Positions 16,587 through 25,398 of a stretch of 32,000 nucleotides of DNA are shown here, piece by piece (position 1 is the first letter of the stretch; every line of letters begins with the position of its first letter). Under the pieces are notes generated by a model. It was given only the letters and a program-made list of their open reading frames with translations, made no database searches and was not told where the DNA came from. This stretch comes from Phycisphaera mikurensis NBRC 102666 (GTDB lineage: Bacteria; Planctomycetota; Phycisphaerae; Phycisphaerales; Phycisphaeraceae), in the NCBI RefSeq assembly GCF_000284115.1, contig NC_017080.1, positions 3,120,001-3,152,000 of the forward strand, read 5' to 3'. The translations under genes and the position numbers were made by a program.

Positions 16587-16777
16587 GAGGCGGCGTAGCC
16601 CGCGGGGTCGGCGGACCGGCACCGCCGCGCCCATCGAAACGCCGGACGCGCTCGATGCGGGGGACGCGGGAGCCCGGCCCGCGGGCGGGCGTGTCGCCCG
16701 CCCGCTCGGATCCCGGCCTGTCCCCCCCGATCCCCCGCCGATCCGGCCCGGCGTGCGGCCGGCTTTATCCTCGCCGC

Positions 16778-18280
16778 GTGCTCAGGACTCCTGCCGCCCT
16801 TCTCGCCACCCTCTTCTGCCTGCCGGCGGCGGCCGACCTGGAGGCGGAGGTGCGGGAGGTGCTCGCGGCGGGCGGGCTCGGGGAGACGGTCGCGGCGGTG
16901 TGCGTCGCCCGGCTGACGCCGGCGGGGCCGGAGGTGATCGTCGACCTGGACGCGGACCGGCCGCTGACGCCCGCTTCGAACATGAAGCTGGTGACCACGG
17001 CGGCCGCGCTGGACCGGCTCGGCCCCGACTTCGCGTTCGAGACGACGCTGTCGGTGGTACCCGCGGCCGCGCCCGGCGGCGACCCCTCGCTGCGGGTGGT
17101 CGGCTCGGGCGACCCGGGCTTCGGCGACCCGGAGCTGCTGCGGGAGGCGGGGTTGGACCCCGAGGACCTCGTCGACCGCTGGGTCGAGGCGGTGAAGCAG
17201 ACCGGCACCCGCCGCTTCGCGTCGCTCCGCGTGGACGACTCGATCTTCGACCGGCAGTTCGTCCACCCCGACTGGCCGGAGGACCAGCTCAACCGCTGGT
17301 ACTGCGCGGAGGTGGCGGGGCTGAACTTCAACGACAACTGCATCGACGTCCTCTATGCGCCGGGGCCGCGTGCCGGCGCCCCGCCGGTGGTGAAGGTGTT
17401 CCCGCTCTACCCGGACCTGCTGGCGATGAGCACCAACCGCGCCCGCACCGGCACGGAGGACGCCTTCTGGGTGTCCCGCGCCGCGGACCGCAACGCCTTC
17501 ACCTTCCGGGGCTCCGTGAAGGACCGGCGGAAGGACCCGGTGTACGTGACCGTCCACGACCCGCCGCTGTTCTTCGCGCGGTACCTCGCTCACAAGCTCG
17601 ACGAAGCGGGCGTGAGCGTCGGCGAGGTCGTGCGCGAGCCGACGGCGCCGGGGGCGGCATCCGGGTCGGCGTCCGAGGCGATCCACCGCGTCCGCAGCAC
17701 GCTCGCGGGGGTGCTGGACCGCACGAACCGCGACTCGCAGAACCTCTTCGCCGAGACGCTGCTCAAGCGGCTGGGCCACGAGGCCTCCGGCGAGCCGGGC
17801 TCCTTCGCCAACGGCGCCGAGGCCGTCCGCGGGTTCCTCGGCCGCGCGATGCCGGGGCTGGACCTCTCGGGCGTGGTGATCGCGGACGGCTCGGGCCTGG
17901 CCAGCACGAACCGCCTGACGGCGCGGCTGCTCGTGGGCGTGCTGGCGCACGCGGCGGAGGCCGAGGCCCCGGCGGCGGAGCTGTACCGGCGGTCGCTGGC
18001 CGAGCTCGGCGAGAGCGGCACGCTCCGGCGGCGCGGGGAGGGCGTGGAGGCCTCCCGCGTCTTCGCCAAGACCGGCTACATCGCGCGGGTCTCCGCCCTG
18101 TCGGGCTACCTGGTGCTGCCCGCCGCCGGGCGTGCGGGCGAGGGCGAGGAGGTGTACGCGTTCTCGATGCTCTTCAACGGCTTCCGGCCGCCGCTGTCCA
18201 ACCGCAGCGTCAAGCGGGTGCAGGACGCCGTGCTGGCCGTGCTCGACGAGCGGCTCTCCGCGGAACCGGCCTCGCGATGA
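16778..18280 (+). CDS. dacB: D-alanyl-D-alanine carboxypeptidase/endopeptidase, PBP4 (peptidase S13)
   Basis: The SxxK motif sits in LTPASNMKLVTTAAALDRLG and KTG in FAKTGYI, with S13-type architecture. A GTG at 16778 gives signal peptide (M)LRTPAALLATLFCLPAAA. The ORF is open back to 16655, so the start is uncertain. Confidence 0.85.
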   Translation: MLRTPAALLATLFCLPAAADLEAEVREVLAAGGLGETVAAVCVARLTPAGPEVIVDLDADRPLTPASNMKLVTTAAALDRLGPDFAFETTLSVVPAAAPGGDPSLRVVGSGDPGFGDPELLREAGLDPEDLVDRWVEAVKQTGTRRFASLRVDDSIFDRQFVHPDWPEDQLNRWYCAEVAGLNFNDNCIDVLYAPGPRAGAPPVVKVFPLYPDLLAMSTNRARTGTEDAFWVSRAADRNAFTFRGSVKDRRKDPVYVTVHDPPLFFARYLAHKLDEAGVSVGEVVREPTAPGAASGSASEAIHRVRSTLAGVLDRTNRDSQNLFAETLLKRLGHEASGEPGSFANGAEAVRGFLGRAMPGLDLSGVVIADGSGLASTNRLTARLLVGVLAHAAEAEAPAAELYRRSLAELGESGTLRRRGEGVEASRVFAKTGYIARVSALSGYLVLPAAGRAGEGEEVYAFSMLFNGFRPPLSNRSVKRVQDAVLAVLDERLSAEPASR

Positions 18281-18717
18281 CATGGCCGACGCCGCGGGTG
18301 GCTTCACGCTGGGCGGCCGCCGGCTTCTTCGTCGTCGCGGGCGCGGCCCACTTCGTGCGGCCGGAGCTCTACCTCCCGCTGATCCCCGACGCTCTGGGAG
18401 CGCCGCGCTTCTGGAACGCGGCCGCGGGCGCAGCGGAGGTGGCCGGCGGCCTGGGCCTGCTCGTGCCGCGGCTGCGGGCAGCCGCCGCGGCGGGGCTGGT
18501 CGTGCTGCTGCTGGTGCTGCTGTGGGTCCACGTCGAGATGCTGATCCACCCCCACCGCCCGGTCTTCGGGCGCGTGCTGCCGGCGTGGGTGCTGTGGGCC
18601 CGCCTGCCGCTGCAGCTGGTCTTCATCGCGTGGGTGGTCCACGCCGGCGGTTCGGATCGGACGCCGCCGCCCCGGGCTCAAAGCCGCGGCGGCAACGAGC
18701 CGATGCCGCGTGCATGA
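18277..18717 (+). CDS. DoxX-like small integral membrane protein
   Basis: The ATG at 18277 overlaps the dacB stop (ATGA). The 146-aa product, MTWPTPRVASRWAAAGFFVVAGAAHFVRPELYLPLIPDALG...AEVAGGLGLLVP, has about four hydrophobic helices. The family assignment is from memory of DoxX/COG4270-type proteins. Confidence 0.6.
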   Translation: MTWPTPRVASRWAAAGFFVVAGAAHFVRPELYLPLIPDALGAPRFWNAAAGAAEVAGGLGLLVPRLRAAAAAGLVVLLLVLLWVHVEMLIHPHRPVFGRVLPAWVLWARLPLQLVFIAWVVHAGGSDRTPPPRAQSRGGNEPMPRA

Positions 18718-18893
18718 GCCCGCTCACCGCCGCCTCCGCCTCGGCCCTCACCCAAGCCCACCTCGCCGAGCGGGTGCAGACCGCCGTCCTCAAGAAGAGC
18801 CACGACGCCGCCAAGGCGGAGGGCGCCGCCGTCGTGAAGCTCATCGAGGCCGCGGCCTCGTTCGCGCCGGGCGGCGTCGACGTCAAGGCCTGA
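18714..18893 (+). CDS. YjfB-like small protein ('putative motility protein' family)
   Basis: The ATG at 18714 overlaps the preceding stop (ATGA). The 59-aa product is MSPLTAASASALTQAHLAERVQTAVLKKSHDAAKAEGAAVVKLIEAAAS...GGVDVKA. This resembles the YjfB pattern (sqaqlq..v..sVlKKa.d....qg.a.vkli...........iDvka). Confidence 0.55.
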   Translation: MSPLTAASASALTQAHLAERVQTAVLKKSHDAAKAEGAAVVKLIEAAASFAPGGVDVKA

Positions 18894-18907
18894 CCGGCCG
18901 CGGCGGC

Positions 18908-19828
18908 TCAGGCCGCCGCGGGCCGGGGCAGCGACCCCGCAGCCAACCCCGGCTTCCGCTTGCGGAACAGCATCCAGAACAGGTCGTTGCCCGGGTAGGG
19001 CAGCGTCAACCCGCAGGGCAGCCAGGCGAGCGGCTTCGCCAGCAGGCTGCGCTTGTGCGCGAGCAGGCTGCGGGCGTGGTCGACGGAGATCCGCTTCCGC
19101 GGCCGCCCCGCCGCCACCGCGTCGAACCCGTGGCCGGCGCACAGCCACCGCAGCGAGCGGCGGCTGAAGTAGTGCAGCACGCTCGGCGGGCTGTACTCGT
19201 GCCAGCGTTCGCCGGCCAGTCGGGCGGTGAGGCTGGCTCGGTCCCAGGTCTCGATGAGCCAGTATCCGCCGGGCCGCGTGGCCGCCGCCGCGCGACGCAA
19301 GGCCGCCGGCAGGTCGTAAAGGTGCGGGAGCACCTGGATCATCGTGACCGCGTCGAAGGTCGCCTCCGCGTCCGCGTAATCCTCCAGCGGGACCGCCTCC
19401 ACGGTGAGGCCGAGGCGGTCCCGCGCGTGCGCGGCCATGCGTGGGTTGGGTTCGAGGCCGCGGGCGTCGAACCCCGCCTCGGCGAAGGCCCGCAGCGTGA
19501 AGCCCGCCGCCGCGCCCACGTCGAGCACCCGGGGGGCCCGCGACTCCTGGAGCGACCCCTCCCGCTGGCGGTCCTCGCGCAAGCGGCGGGCGAGCGCCGC
19601 GGCGTAGGGCCGAGCGTGGCGGGTGACGAGGTGGCCGTCCGCGAGGTAATCGGGGTAGCCGTCGCCGCCCCCGGTGAAGTAGTCGTCGCCGTAGGTGGCG
19701 GCGACGTGCTCGGCTGGCGGGGTGAGGCCCGCGAAGCGGTGACCGCAGCGGCCGCAGCCCAGGATGGGCACCCCCCGGGCCCGGAAGCGCAGCGGCGAGA
19801 GACCCCCACAGATCGGACAAGCAAGCAT
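18908..19828 (-). CDS. Class I SAM-dependent methyltransferase with N-terminal zinc ribbon
   Basis: The N-terminal zinc ribbon is MLACPICGG...CGRCGH. SAM motif I is VLDVGAAAGF, followed by FDAVTMIQVLPHLYDL and RPGGYWLIETW. 306 aa. Confidence 0.85.
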   Translation of the reverse strand: MLACPICGGLSPLRFRARGVPILGCGRCGHRFAGLTPPAEHVAATYGDDYFTGGGDGYPDYLADGHLVTRHARPYAAALARRLREDRQREGSLQESRAPRVLDVGAAAGFTLRAFAEAGFDARGLEPNPRMAAHARDRLGLTVEAVPLEDYADAEATFDAVTMIQVLPHLYDLPAALRRAAAATRPGGYWLIETWDRASLTARLAGERWHEYSPPSVLHYFSRRSLRWLCAGHGFDAVAAGRPRKRISVDHARSLLAHKRSLLAKPLAWLPCGLTLPYPGNDLFWMLFRKRKPGLAAGSLPRPAAA

Positions 19829-19911
19829 GGAGCAAGGGTGCGGCCTCGCCCGGCGGGGGCCAGCGTGATCCTCCGCCTGCGGCGGGACCGATCGGCTCTT
19901 ATCCTCGCGAG

Positions 19912-20202
19912 ATGGCCGCTCCCGTCGACCCCGCGCTGCTCTCGCTGCTCGTGTGCCCGCTCACCCGCTCGGCCCTCCGCCAGGAGGGCGACACGCTGAT
20001 CGCGACCAAGCCCGAGGGCGCCGGCCTCCGCTACCGGGTCCGCGAGGGCATCCCGGTGATGCTGATGGACGAGGCGGAGCTGCCGGACGGCTTCGACGAC
20101 CTGGCGGCCTTCATCGCCGCCCACCGCGACGACGTGCCCGATCCTGAGCGGCTCGGGGCGGCGCTCGCGGGCGAGGACCACGGCCTCGGCGGCACCCCGT
20201 GA
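19912..20202 (+). CDS. Trm112-like protein (UPF0434/YcaR family) with C-terminal extension
   Basis: The N-terminal region LLSLLVCPLTRSALRQEGDTLI...GLRYRVREGIPVMLMDEA matches the Trm112/YcaR signature. There are about 35 extra acidic C-terminal residues. The stop overlaps the next gene's GTG (GTGA). Confidence 0.8.
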   Translation: MAAPVDPALLSLLVCPLTRSALRQEGDTLIATKPEGAGLRYRVREGIPVMLMDEAELPDGFDDLAAFIAAHRDDVPDPERLGAALAGEDHGLGGTP

Positions 20203-21971
20203 GCCCGCTCGCCGCCGCGACCGGCCTGCACGGCCTCGACGTGGCGGTGCTCGTGGGCTACCTCGCCGGCGTCAGCTGGCTGGGCGTGAAGCTCGCCGGC
20301 AAGAGCGACTCGGCCGAACGCTTCTTCCGCGGCGGCGGCATCCCATGGCCCGCGGTCGCGGCGTCGATGATCGCGACCGCGGTTTCGGCGGTCACCTTCA
20401 TCGCGGTGCCCGCCGTCGCCTTCCGCGACGGCGGGGACTTCACCTACCTGCAGCTGGGCCTGGTCGCCGGGCTGCTCTCGCGGCTGGCGGTCGCGGCCGT
20501 GCTGGTGCCGGCCTACTTCCGCGAGGGCGTGCTGAGCCCGTACGACTTCATGGCGAACCGGCTGGGCCCCGAAGCCCGCTGGGTCACCACGCTGATGTTC
20601 TCGCTGCTGGGCGTCCTCGGCCAGGCGGCCCGGGTGTACCTCACCGGCGTGGTCCTGGTGACGATGTGCGGGCCGCCGCTGGCGTCGGCGGCCGCGGCGG
20701 TGGGCGTGGCTCCGCTGACGCTGGCGATCGCCAGCGTGTCGGTCGTCGCCATCGCCTGGACGCTGCTCGGCGGCATCGCCACGGTGATCTGGACCGACGC
20801 GATGCTGCTCGCGGTCTTCGTGCTCGGCGGGCTGGTCGCGCTGCTGACCGTCGCGGCGGGCGTCGACGGCGGCCTGGCTGCGGTGGTCGCGACGGGCCTG
20901 GAGGGCGGCAAGTTCCGGCTGTTCGACCTCTCGCTCGCCCCCGAGTTCACCCGGCCCTACACGCTCTGGGCGGCGGTGATCGCGGTGACCTTCGGGAACA
21001 TCGGCTCTTACGGCACCGACCAGCTGCTCGCCCAGCGCATCTTCGCCTGCCGGAGCCCCCGCGACGCGCAGAAAGCGGTGCTGGCGTCGTACCTTGCGGA
21101 GGCGTTCGCGGCGCTGATGCTGCTCGTCGGCGTCGCCCTGTGGGCTTTCTACGAGGCGTATCCCGATGCGTTGCCCGCCGCCGCCGTCGAACGGCCCGAC
21201 GCCATCTTCCCCGCCTTCGTGCTCGCGGAGGTCCCCATCGGTCTCACCGGGCTGATCCTCGCCGGCGTGTTCGCGGCGGCGCTTTCGAGCCTCACCTCGA
21301 TCCTCGGGGCCCTCGCTCAGACGACCACCGCCCTCCTGCCCGAGCCCGCGGACGACGCTTCGGGTCTGCGGCGGGCCCGCTTCCTCGTGGCGCTGTGGGG
21401 CGTCGTGCTCGCGCTGGCCGCGGTGGGAGCCGGCGCGTACGTCGACCACCAGGAGGCCGCCGGCAACGAGGTCCCGCTGCTCGACCTCGCGCTGGGCCTC
21501 GCGAACTACGTGATCGGCGGCCTGCTGGCGGCCTTCGTGCTCGCGTGGCTGCCGCTTAGGATCAATGCCCGCGGGCTGCTCTTCTCCGCCCCGCTGTCGG
21601 TCGCGTGCGTCTGGGCCGCCCGCTTCCACGGGGAGCGTCCCGCGGAGATCTGCCTGGTCGTCGGCGTCGTCTTCCTCGCGGCGTGGACGGCCGCTTCGGC
21701 CTGCGGCAGCGCCCGCCTCCGCGGGCCGCGCCTGCGCCGCCTGCCCGTCGCGGCCGCCGCGGCCGCGGTCCCGCTGCTCCTGGAGCGCTTCCTGGTGTTC
21801 GGAGAAGACCCCAGCGGTCCGGTGAGCATCGCCTGGCCGTGGTACGCCCCGCTCGCCGGCCTGGTTGCCGGCGTCTTCGGCTACGGGCTCGCGGACCCGC
21901 GGACCGAGGACCCGCGGACGCCCGAGCGGCCGCGGTCCGCGGACTTGGCCGGGCCGACCGGCCCCGCCTGA
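20199..21971 (+). CDS. Sodium:solute symporter (SSS) family transporter
   Basis: The 590-aa product is polytopic. The N-terminal segment is FFRGGGIPWPAVAASMIATAVSAVTFIAVPAVAF, and later comes GSYGTDQLLAQRIFACRS. About 13 or more hydrophobic segments. Confidence 0.82.
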   Translation: MSPLAAATGLHGLDVAVLVGYLAGVSWLGVKLAGKSDSAERFFRGGGIPWPAVAASMIATAVSAVTFIAVPAVAFRDGGDFTYLQLGLVAGLLSRLAVAAVLVPAYFREGVLSPYDFMANRLGPEARWVTTLMFSLLGVLGQAARVYLTGVVLVTMCGPPLASAAAAVGVAPLTLAIASVSVVAIAWTLLGGIATVIWTDAMLLAVFVLGGLVALLTVAAGVDGGLAAVVATGLEGGKFRLFDLSLAPEFTRPYTLWAAVIAVTFGNIGSYGTDQLLAQRIFACRSPRDAQKAVLASYLAEAFAALMLLVGVALWAFYEAYPDALPAAAVERPDAIFPAFVLAEVPIGLTGLILAGVFAAALSSLTSILGALAQTTTALLPEPADDASGLRRARFLVALWGVVLALAAVGAGAYVDHQEAAGNEVPLLDLALGLANYVIGGLLAAFVLAWLPLRINARGLLFSAPLSVACVWAARFHGERPAEICLVVGVVFLAAWTAASACGSARLRGPRLRRLPVAAAAAAVPLLLERFLVFGEDPSGPVSIAWPWYAPLAGLVAGVFGYGLADPRTEDPRTPERPRSADLAGPTGPA

Positions 21972-22091
21972 AGCGCGGGCGCCGACCGGCGGCCGGATGG
22001 CCCCGAGGGGCAGGCCCGCTCCCGGTCCGGCCCCGCCGGGCGGGTTCCCTACGCATCCAAAGAGCTTCTTGGGCGTCCGCTCGCGGAGCGC

Positions 22092-22111
22092 CCCGCCCGC
22101 TCGGGGGCGGG
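22092..22111. terminator. GC hairpin between convergent transporter and kinase genes
   Basis: CCCGCCC-gctcgg-GGGCGGG forms a 7-bp G/C stem. It sits between the 3' ends at 21971 (+) and 22136 (-). There is no clear U-tract. Confidence 0.22.
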
Positions 22112-22135
22112 TTCCGCCTCTGCATGCGGTCCTCT

Positions 22136-23893
22136 TCACCGCCAGGAGGGCTTGGCACCTCCACCAGGGTCGGCTCGATGCCCAGGTCGATCCTGGGACG
22201 CGTCTTGCTCTTCCGCGCGGACGCGGCCTGCACGCTGGGCTTCGCCCGCCGTCTCGAAGAAGACAGCGGAGCCCGCGGGGATCAGCGCCGCCCGCGGGTC
22301 GTCGCGGCGGTAGAAGCGGCGGCCCGCCTCGTGCGAGACCCAGGCCGCGTCGGGGGTGTCGGGCCCGCCGACGAGCCAGCTGAACGGCGGCGGGTCCGCC
22401 GGCTCCAGCGCGGCGTCGGGGTCGAGCGTCTGGCCCGGTGCCCGGAGGCCGTAGCCCTCCGGGGCGTCGGGGAAGCGGGCCGCGAAAGCCTCGCGCCCCC
22501 GCGCGGTCGCGTCGCCGGGGTGGACCTCCGTCCCCCGCCAGGCGAGCACCGAAAGGCCCAGCAGCAGCAGCACGAGCACGGCGGCCGCCAAGCGGCGGCG
22601 CGGGCGGTTGGCCGGCAGCCACCACCCGCCCGCGCCGCCGGTGAGCAGGCCCGGCCCAAGCGGCGGGCCGGCCGCGGTGACGGCTCGGGCGCCCGCGGGG
22701 GCGAAGGCCGCGCCGGTGGGCAGCGGGCCCGATCCCTCGCCGGGCAGCACGAGCATCAGCTCGGTGTCCGCCGCGTCGAGGCCGATGCTCTCCACCCGCA
22801 GGAGCGCACCGACCTCCTCCATCGCCGGCCGGTCCCGCGCGTCCACCGCCATCATCCGCTCGAACAGCCCGGCGAGCGCCTCCGAGCACGCCGGAGCCGC
22901 GGCGCGGAGGTCCGGCCGCGGGGCCGCCGCGTGCTTGGCGATGACGCCCTCGAGGCTCTCCGCCTCGAAGGGGGGGCGGCCGGTGAGCACGAAGTGCATC
23001 GTCGCCCCGAGGCTGTAGACGTCGGCCGCGGCGGACACCGCCCCGCGTTGCGCCAGCTCGGGCGCGAGGTAGTGCGGCGTGCCGAGGGCCGCGGCCTCCC
23101 GCTCGTCCGGATCGGCGGGGTCGGCGAGGCGGACGAGCCCGAAGTCGACCAGCTTCGCCCGGCAGGTGCGGGTGAGCATCAGGTTCGCCGGCTTCACATC
23201 GCGGTGGATCATGCCGCGCTGGTGGGCGGCGAGCAGCGCCGCCGCCGCGTCCGCGAGCACCGGGCAGGCCCGCTCGGGCGGCAGCAGGCCCGCCGCCCGC
23301 ACCAGCTGCCGCAGCGAACCGCCCTCGAGGTACTCCGTGGCGATGTACCACCAGCCCGCGGTGCGGTCGATCTCGTGGATGCGGGCGACGTGGAGGTGCT
23401 CGAGCTTGGCCGCTGCGCGGGCCTCCCGGAGGAACTGCGCCACCCGGGCGTCGCCGTGGAGCAGCCCCCCGGGGCGCCGCATGACCTTCAGCGCCACCAC
23501 CCGCCGCAGGTGGGTGTCCTCCGCCTGGAAGACGATGCCGGCCGTGCCCTCCCCCAGCCGACGCAGCAGGCGGAACTTCCCCAGCCGCTTGCCGACCCAG
23601 GCGTCGCCCCCGGGCCCGGGCCCGCCCTCCCGCACCGGCGTGCCGTCGGCATCGGGCAACGGCCCCGCGGCGCCGCCGGCCGGCACGGCCCCGGCCGCCG
23701 GATCCGCCTCGAAGAGCACCAGCGTCTGGTCCGGGCGCGGTTCGGGATCCCCCGCCTCCGTGTCGCCCGCATCCGCCGCGCCCGCGGCGTGGTCGGCATC
23801 CGAGCCCGGAGGCGTCGGCGACCCGCCGGGCCCGCCCGCCCGCGCCGCGGCGGCCGCGTCGTGCTCCTCCGGCGGCTCGCCACCCGCCTTCAC
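22136..23893 (-). CDS. Membrane-anchored Ser/Thr protein kinase (Hanks type) with extracytoplasmic C-terminal domain
   Basis: Hanks kinase motifs are present: GEGTAGIVF, VALKV, HRDVKPANLM, DFG, GTPHYLAPE. A TM helix (RRRLAAAVLVLLLLGLSVLAW) is followed by about 150 aa outside. The proposed GTG start at 23893 overlaps the upstream gene's TGA (GTGA). There is no in-frame ATG before the kinase domain, so the start is uncertain. Confidence 0.85.
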   Translation of the reverse strand: MKAGGEPPEEHDAAAAARAGGPGGSPTPPGSDADHAAGAADAGDTEAGDPEPRPDQTLVLFEADPAAGAVPAGGAAGPLPDADGTPVREGGPGPGGDAWVGKRLGKFRLLRRLGEGTAGIVFQAEDTHLRRVVALKVMRRPGGLLHGDARVAQFLREARAAAKLEHLHVARIHEIDRTAGWWYIATEYLEGGSLRQLVRAAGLLPPERACPVLADAAAALLAAHQRGMIHRDVKPANLMLTRTCRAKLVDFGLVRLADPADPDEREAAALGTPHYLAPELAQRGAVSAAADVYSLGATMHFVLTGRPPFEAESLEGVIAKHAAAPRPDLRAAAPACSEALAGLFERMMAVDARDRPAMEEVGALLRVESIGLDAADTELMLVLPGEGSGPLPTGAAFAPAGARAVTAAGPPLGPGLLTGGAGGWWLPANRPRRRLAAAVLVLLLLGLSVLAWRGTEVHPGDATARGREAFAARFPDAPEGYGLRAPGQTLDPDAALEPADPPPFSWLVGGPDTPDAAWVSHEAGRRFYRRDDPRAALIPAGSAVFFETAGEAQRAGRVRAEEQDASQDRPGHRADPGGGAKPSWR

Positions 23894-25053
23894 GGCGTCG
23901 GCTCCGAAGCCGCCGCTTGCGCCCGCTTTGTCGCGTCGAAGTGCAGCAGCGTCAGCAGGCTCTGCCTCCCGTCGCGGTTTTCGCTGGCGTCGCCCTCGTC
24001 CGAAGCCAGGGCGATGAGGTCGCTGTCGCCCACGCGGCACACGGCGTCGATGTTCAGGTCGGCCGCCCGCAGCACCGCCACCGGCGGCTCGGCCTTGCGG
24101 CCCGACCACCAGAACAGCGCGTAGTCGAAGTCGACCAGCGGATACGCCTCCGAGCCGGGCTCGCGGGTGCCGCCGCTGAGGCCGGCGGCCACGAGGTACC
24201 CGCGGGTGACCGGGTCCCAGCAGAGATCGGCGATGCCGCGGCCGCCCAGGTCGAGCCGGAAGAGGTCGACGACGCGGAGCAGCGTGGCGTCGCCGGCGTC
24301 GAAGGCGGCGTCCACGCCGGTCACCGCGACCGCCAGGGCGTCGCGCCCCGCCAGCGGGTTCCGCATGCCCAGCAGCGCCCGCCCGCCGCCGGGCTCGAAG
24401 GCGAGCCCCTCCACGTTGCCCCACCGGTCGGTGTTGGCGCCAAGCTGGTCCGACCACGCGGCGTAGTGCCCCACCCGCAACGCGTGCAGGTGCTTGTCGA
24501 TCTCCCGCCGCAACCCGCTGACGTCGAGCACCGCCGCGGCGTTGGCGAGCGGCCGACCGCTGGACGAGACCGGGACCCGCGCGAAGCGGTGCCGCGACAG
24601 GTCCGTCGAGCCGTCGAAGTCGTGGCTCATCGAGGTCAGCGCGTAGACCCGCTGGACCCCGCCGGGCCCGGGGCGTGCGGCCAGCGCCTCGACGTCGCGG
24701 AGCAGGTTCCGCTCGTTGAGGATGATCGGCTCGGGCCGCGGCGTGCCGAGGATGGCCCGCTCCGGATCCACGGCAACGCGGAACAACGCGTGCGCGTGCC
24801 GATCGCTCGCCGCGAGCAGCGTCCCGCCCGCCCACGCGAGGCCGCTGCACTCCAGCGGCAGCGGCGTGGGATCCAGCGGGTGGTTGGAGGTGCGGGCGCG
24901 GATCGTCACGTCGCGCTGCGCCACCACCGGCGGATCCAGGACGCCGAACCAGATCCGAGGCCGCGCCCCGGCCGGGTCGGCCGCCTGCGCTCCCGCCGGC
25001 ACGGCGAGGAACGCCGCCACCAGCCACAGCCACAGGGTCCGGGTCGTCGTCAT
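23890..25053 (-). CDS. Secreted hypothetical protein (possibly DUF3616-like / propeller-like fold)
   Basis: ATG at 25053 gives signal peptide MTTTRTLWLWLVAAFLAVPAGAQA-AD. 387 aa with high GC3. The weak family impression rests on motifs such as ECSGLAWAGG, NVEGLAFEP and GIADLCWDP, reiterated at intervals. Confidence 0.72.
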   Translation of the reverse strand: MTTTRTLWLWLVAAFLAVPAGAQAADPAGARPRIWFGVLDPPVVAQRDVTIRARTSNHPLDPTPLPLECSGLAWAGGTLLAASDRHAHALFRVAVDPERAILGTPRPEPIILNERNLLRDVEALAARPGPGGVQRVYALTSMSHDFDGSTDLSRHRFARVPVSSSGRPLANAAAVLDVSGLRREIDKHLHALRVGHYAAWSDQLGANTDRWGNVEGLAFEPGGGRALLGMRNPLAGRDALAVAVTGVDAAFDAGDATLLRVVDLFRLDLGGRGIADLCWDPVTRGYLVAAGLSGGTREPGSEAYPLVDFDYALFWWSGRKAEPPVAVLRAADLNIDAVCRVGDSDLIALASDEGDASENRDGRQSLLTLLHFDATKRAQAAASEPTP

Positions 25054-25398
25054 GAAGCCAGAAACCCCGATGATCCCCGATCCGCCGCCAAGCCCCCGCG
25101 AAGGAGCCTACCGCGGCTTCCTGGGGTCGCCCCCGGGGCGGCGGCCGCTCCCCGGCGGCGTGCCCGCGGCTCCGGTCGGTCGCTCCCGCGAGACGCTCCG
25201 CCCGCATCCCGAAGGAAGCCGTCGGTCCGCTCCGGCACCCACGGTGGATGAAGCGGCTCCGCAGAGCCGTCGTGCTCGTCCCGCTGCTGTAACTCTTCAT
25301 CACCCCGGCGCTGGGCAGCCTGCTCTCGGGCTGGGCGTACGCGCGGATCGACACCGGCGACGCCGCTTCATCGCGTCGCTGCGGTCTAGCGTCGAGTC

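Noticed and set aside
15851-24124. Long shadow ORFs: 15851-18307 (-, 818 aa), 20031-23351 (-, 1106 aa), 21605-24124 (+, 839 aa), 16585-18276 (+, the upstream part of the DoxX frame).
   Set aside because: They overlap confidently identified genes (lysR, dacB, SSS transporter, kinase) in other frames or strands. They are Arg/Pro/Gly-rich and lack any recognisable domain.
23894-25354. N-terminal extension of the kinase ORF (the 1072-aa call starting at 25354).
   Set aside because: That stretch overlaps, out of frame, a well-formed signal-peptide protein gene (23890-25053) and translates to Arg/Gly/Pro junk. The kinase most plausibly starts at the GTG that overlaps the upstream stop.
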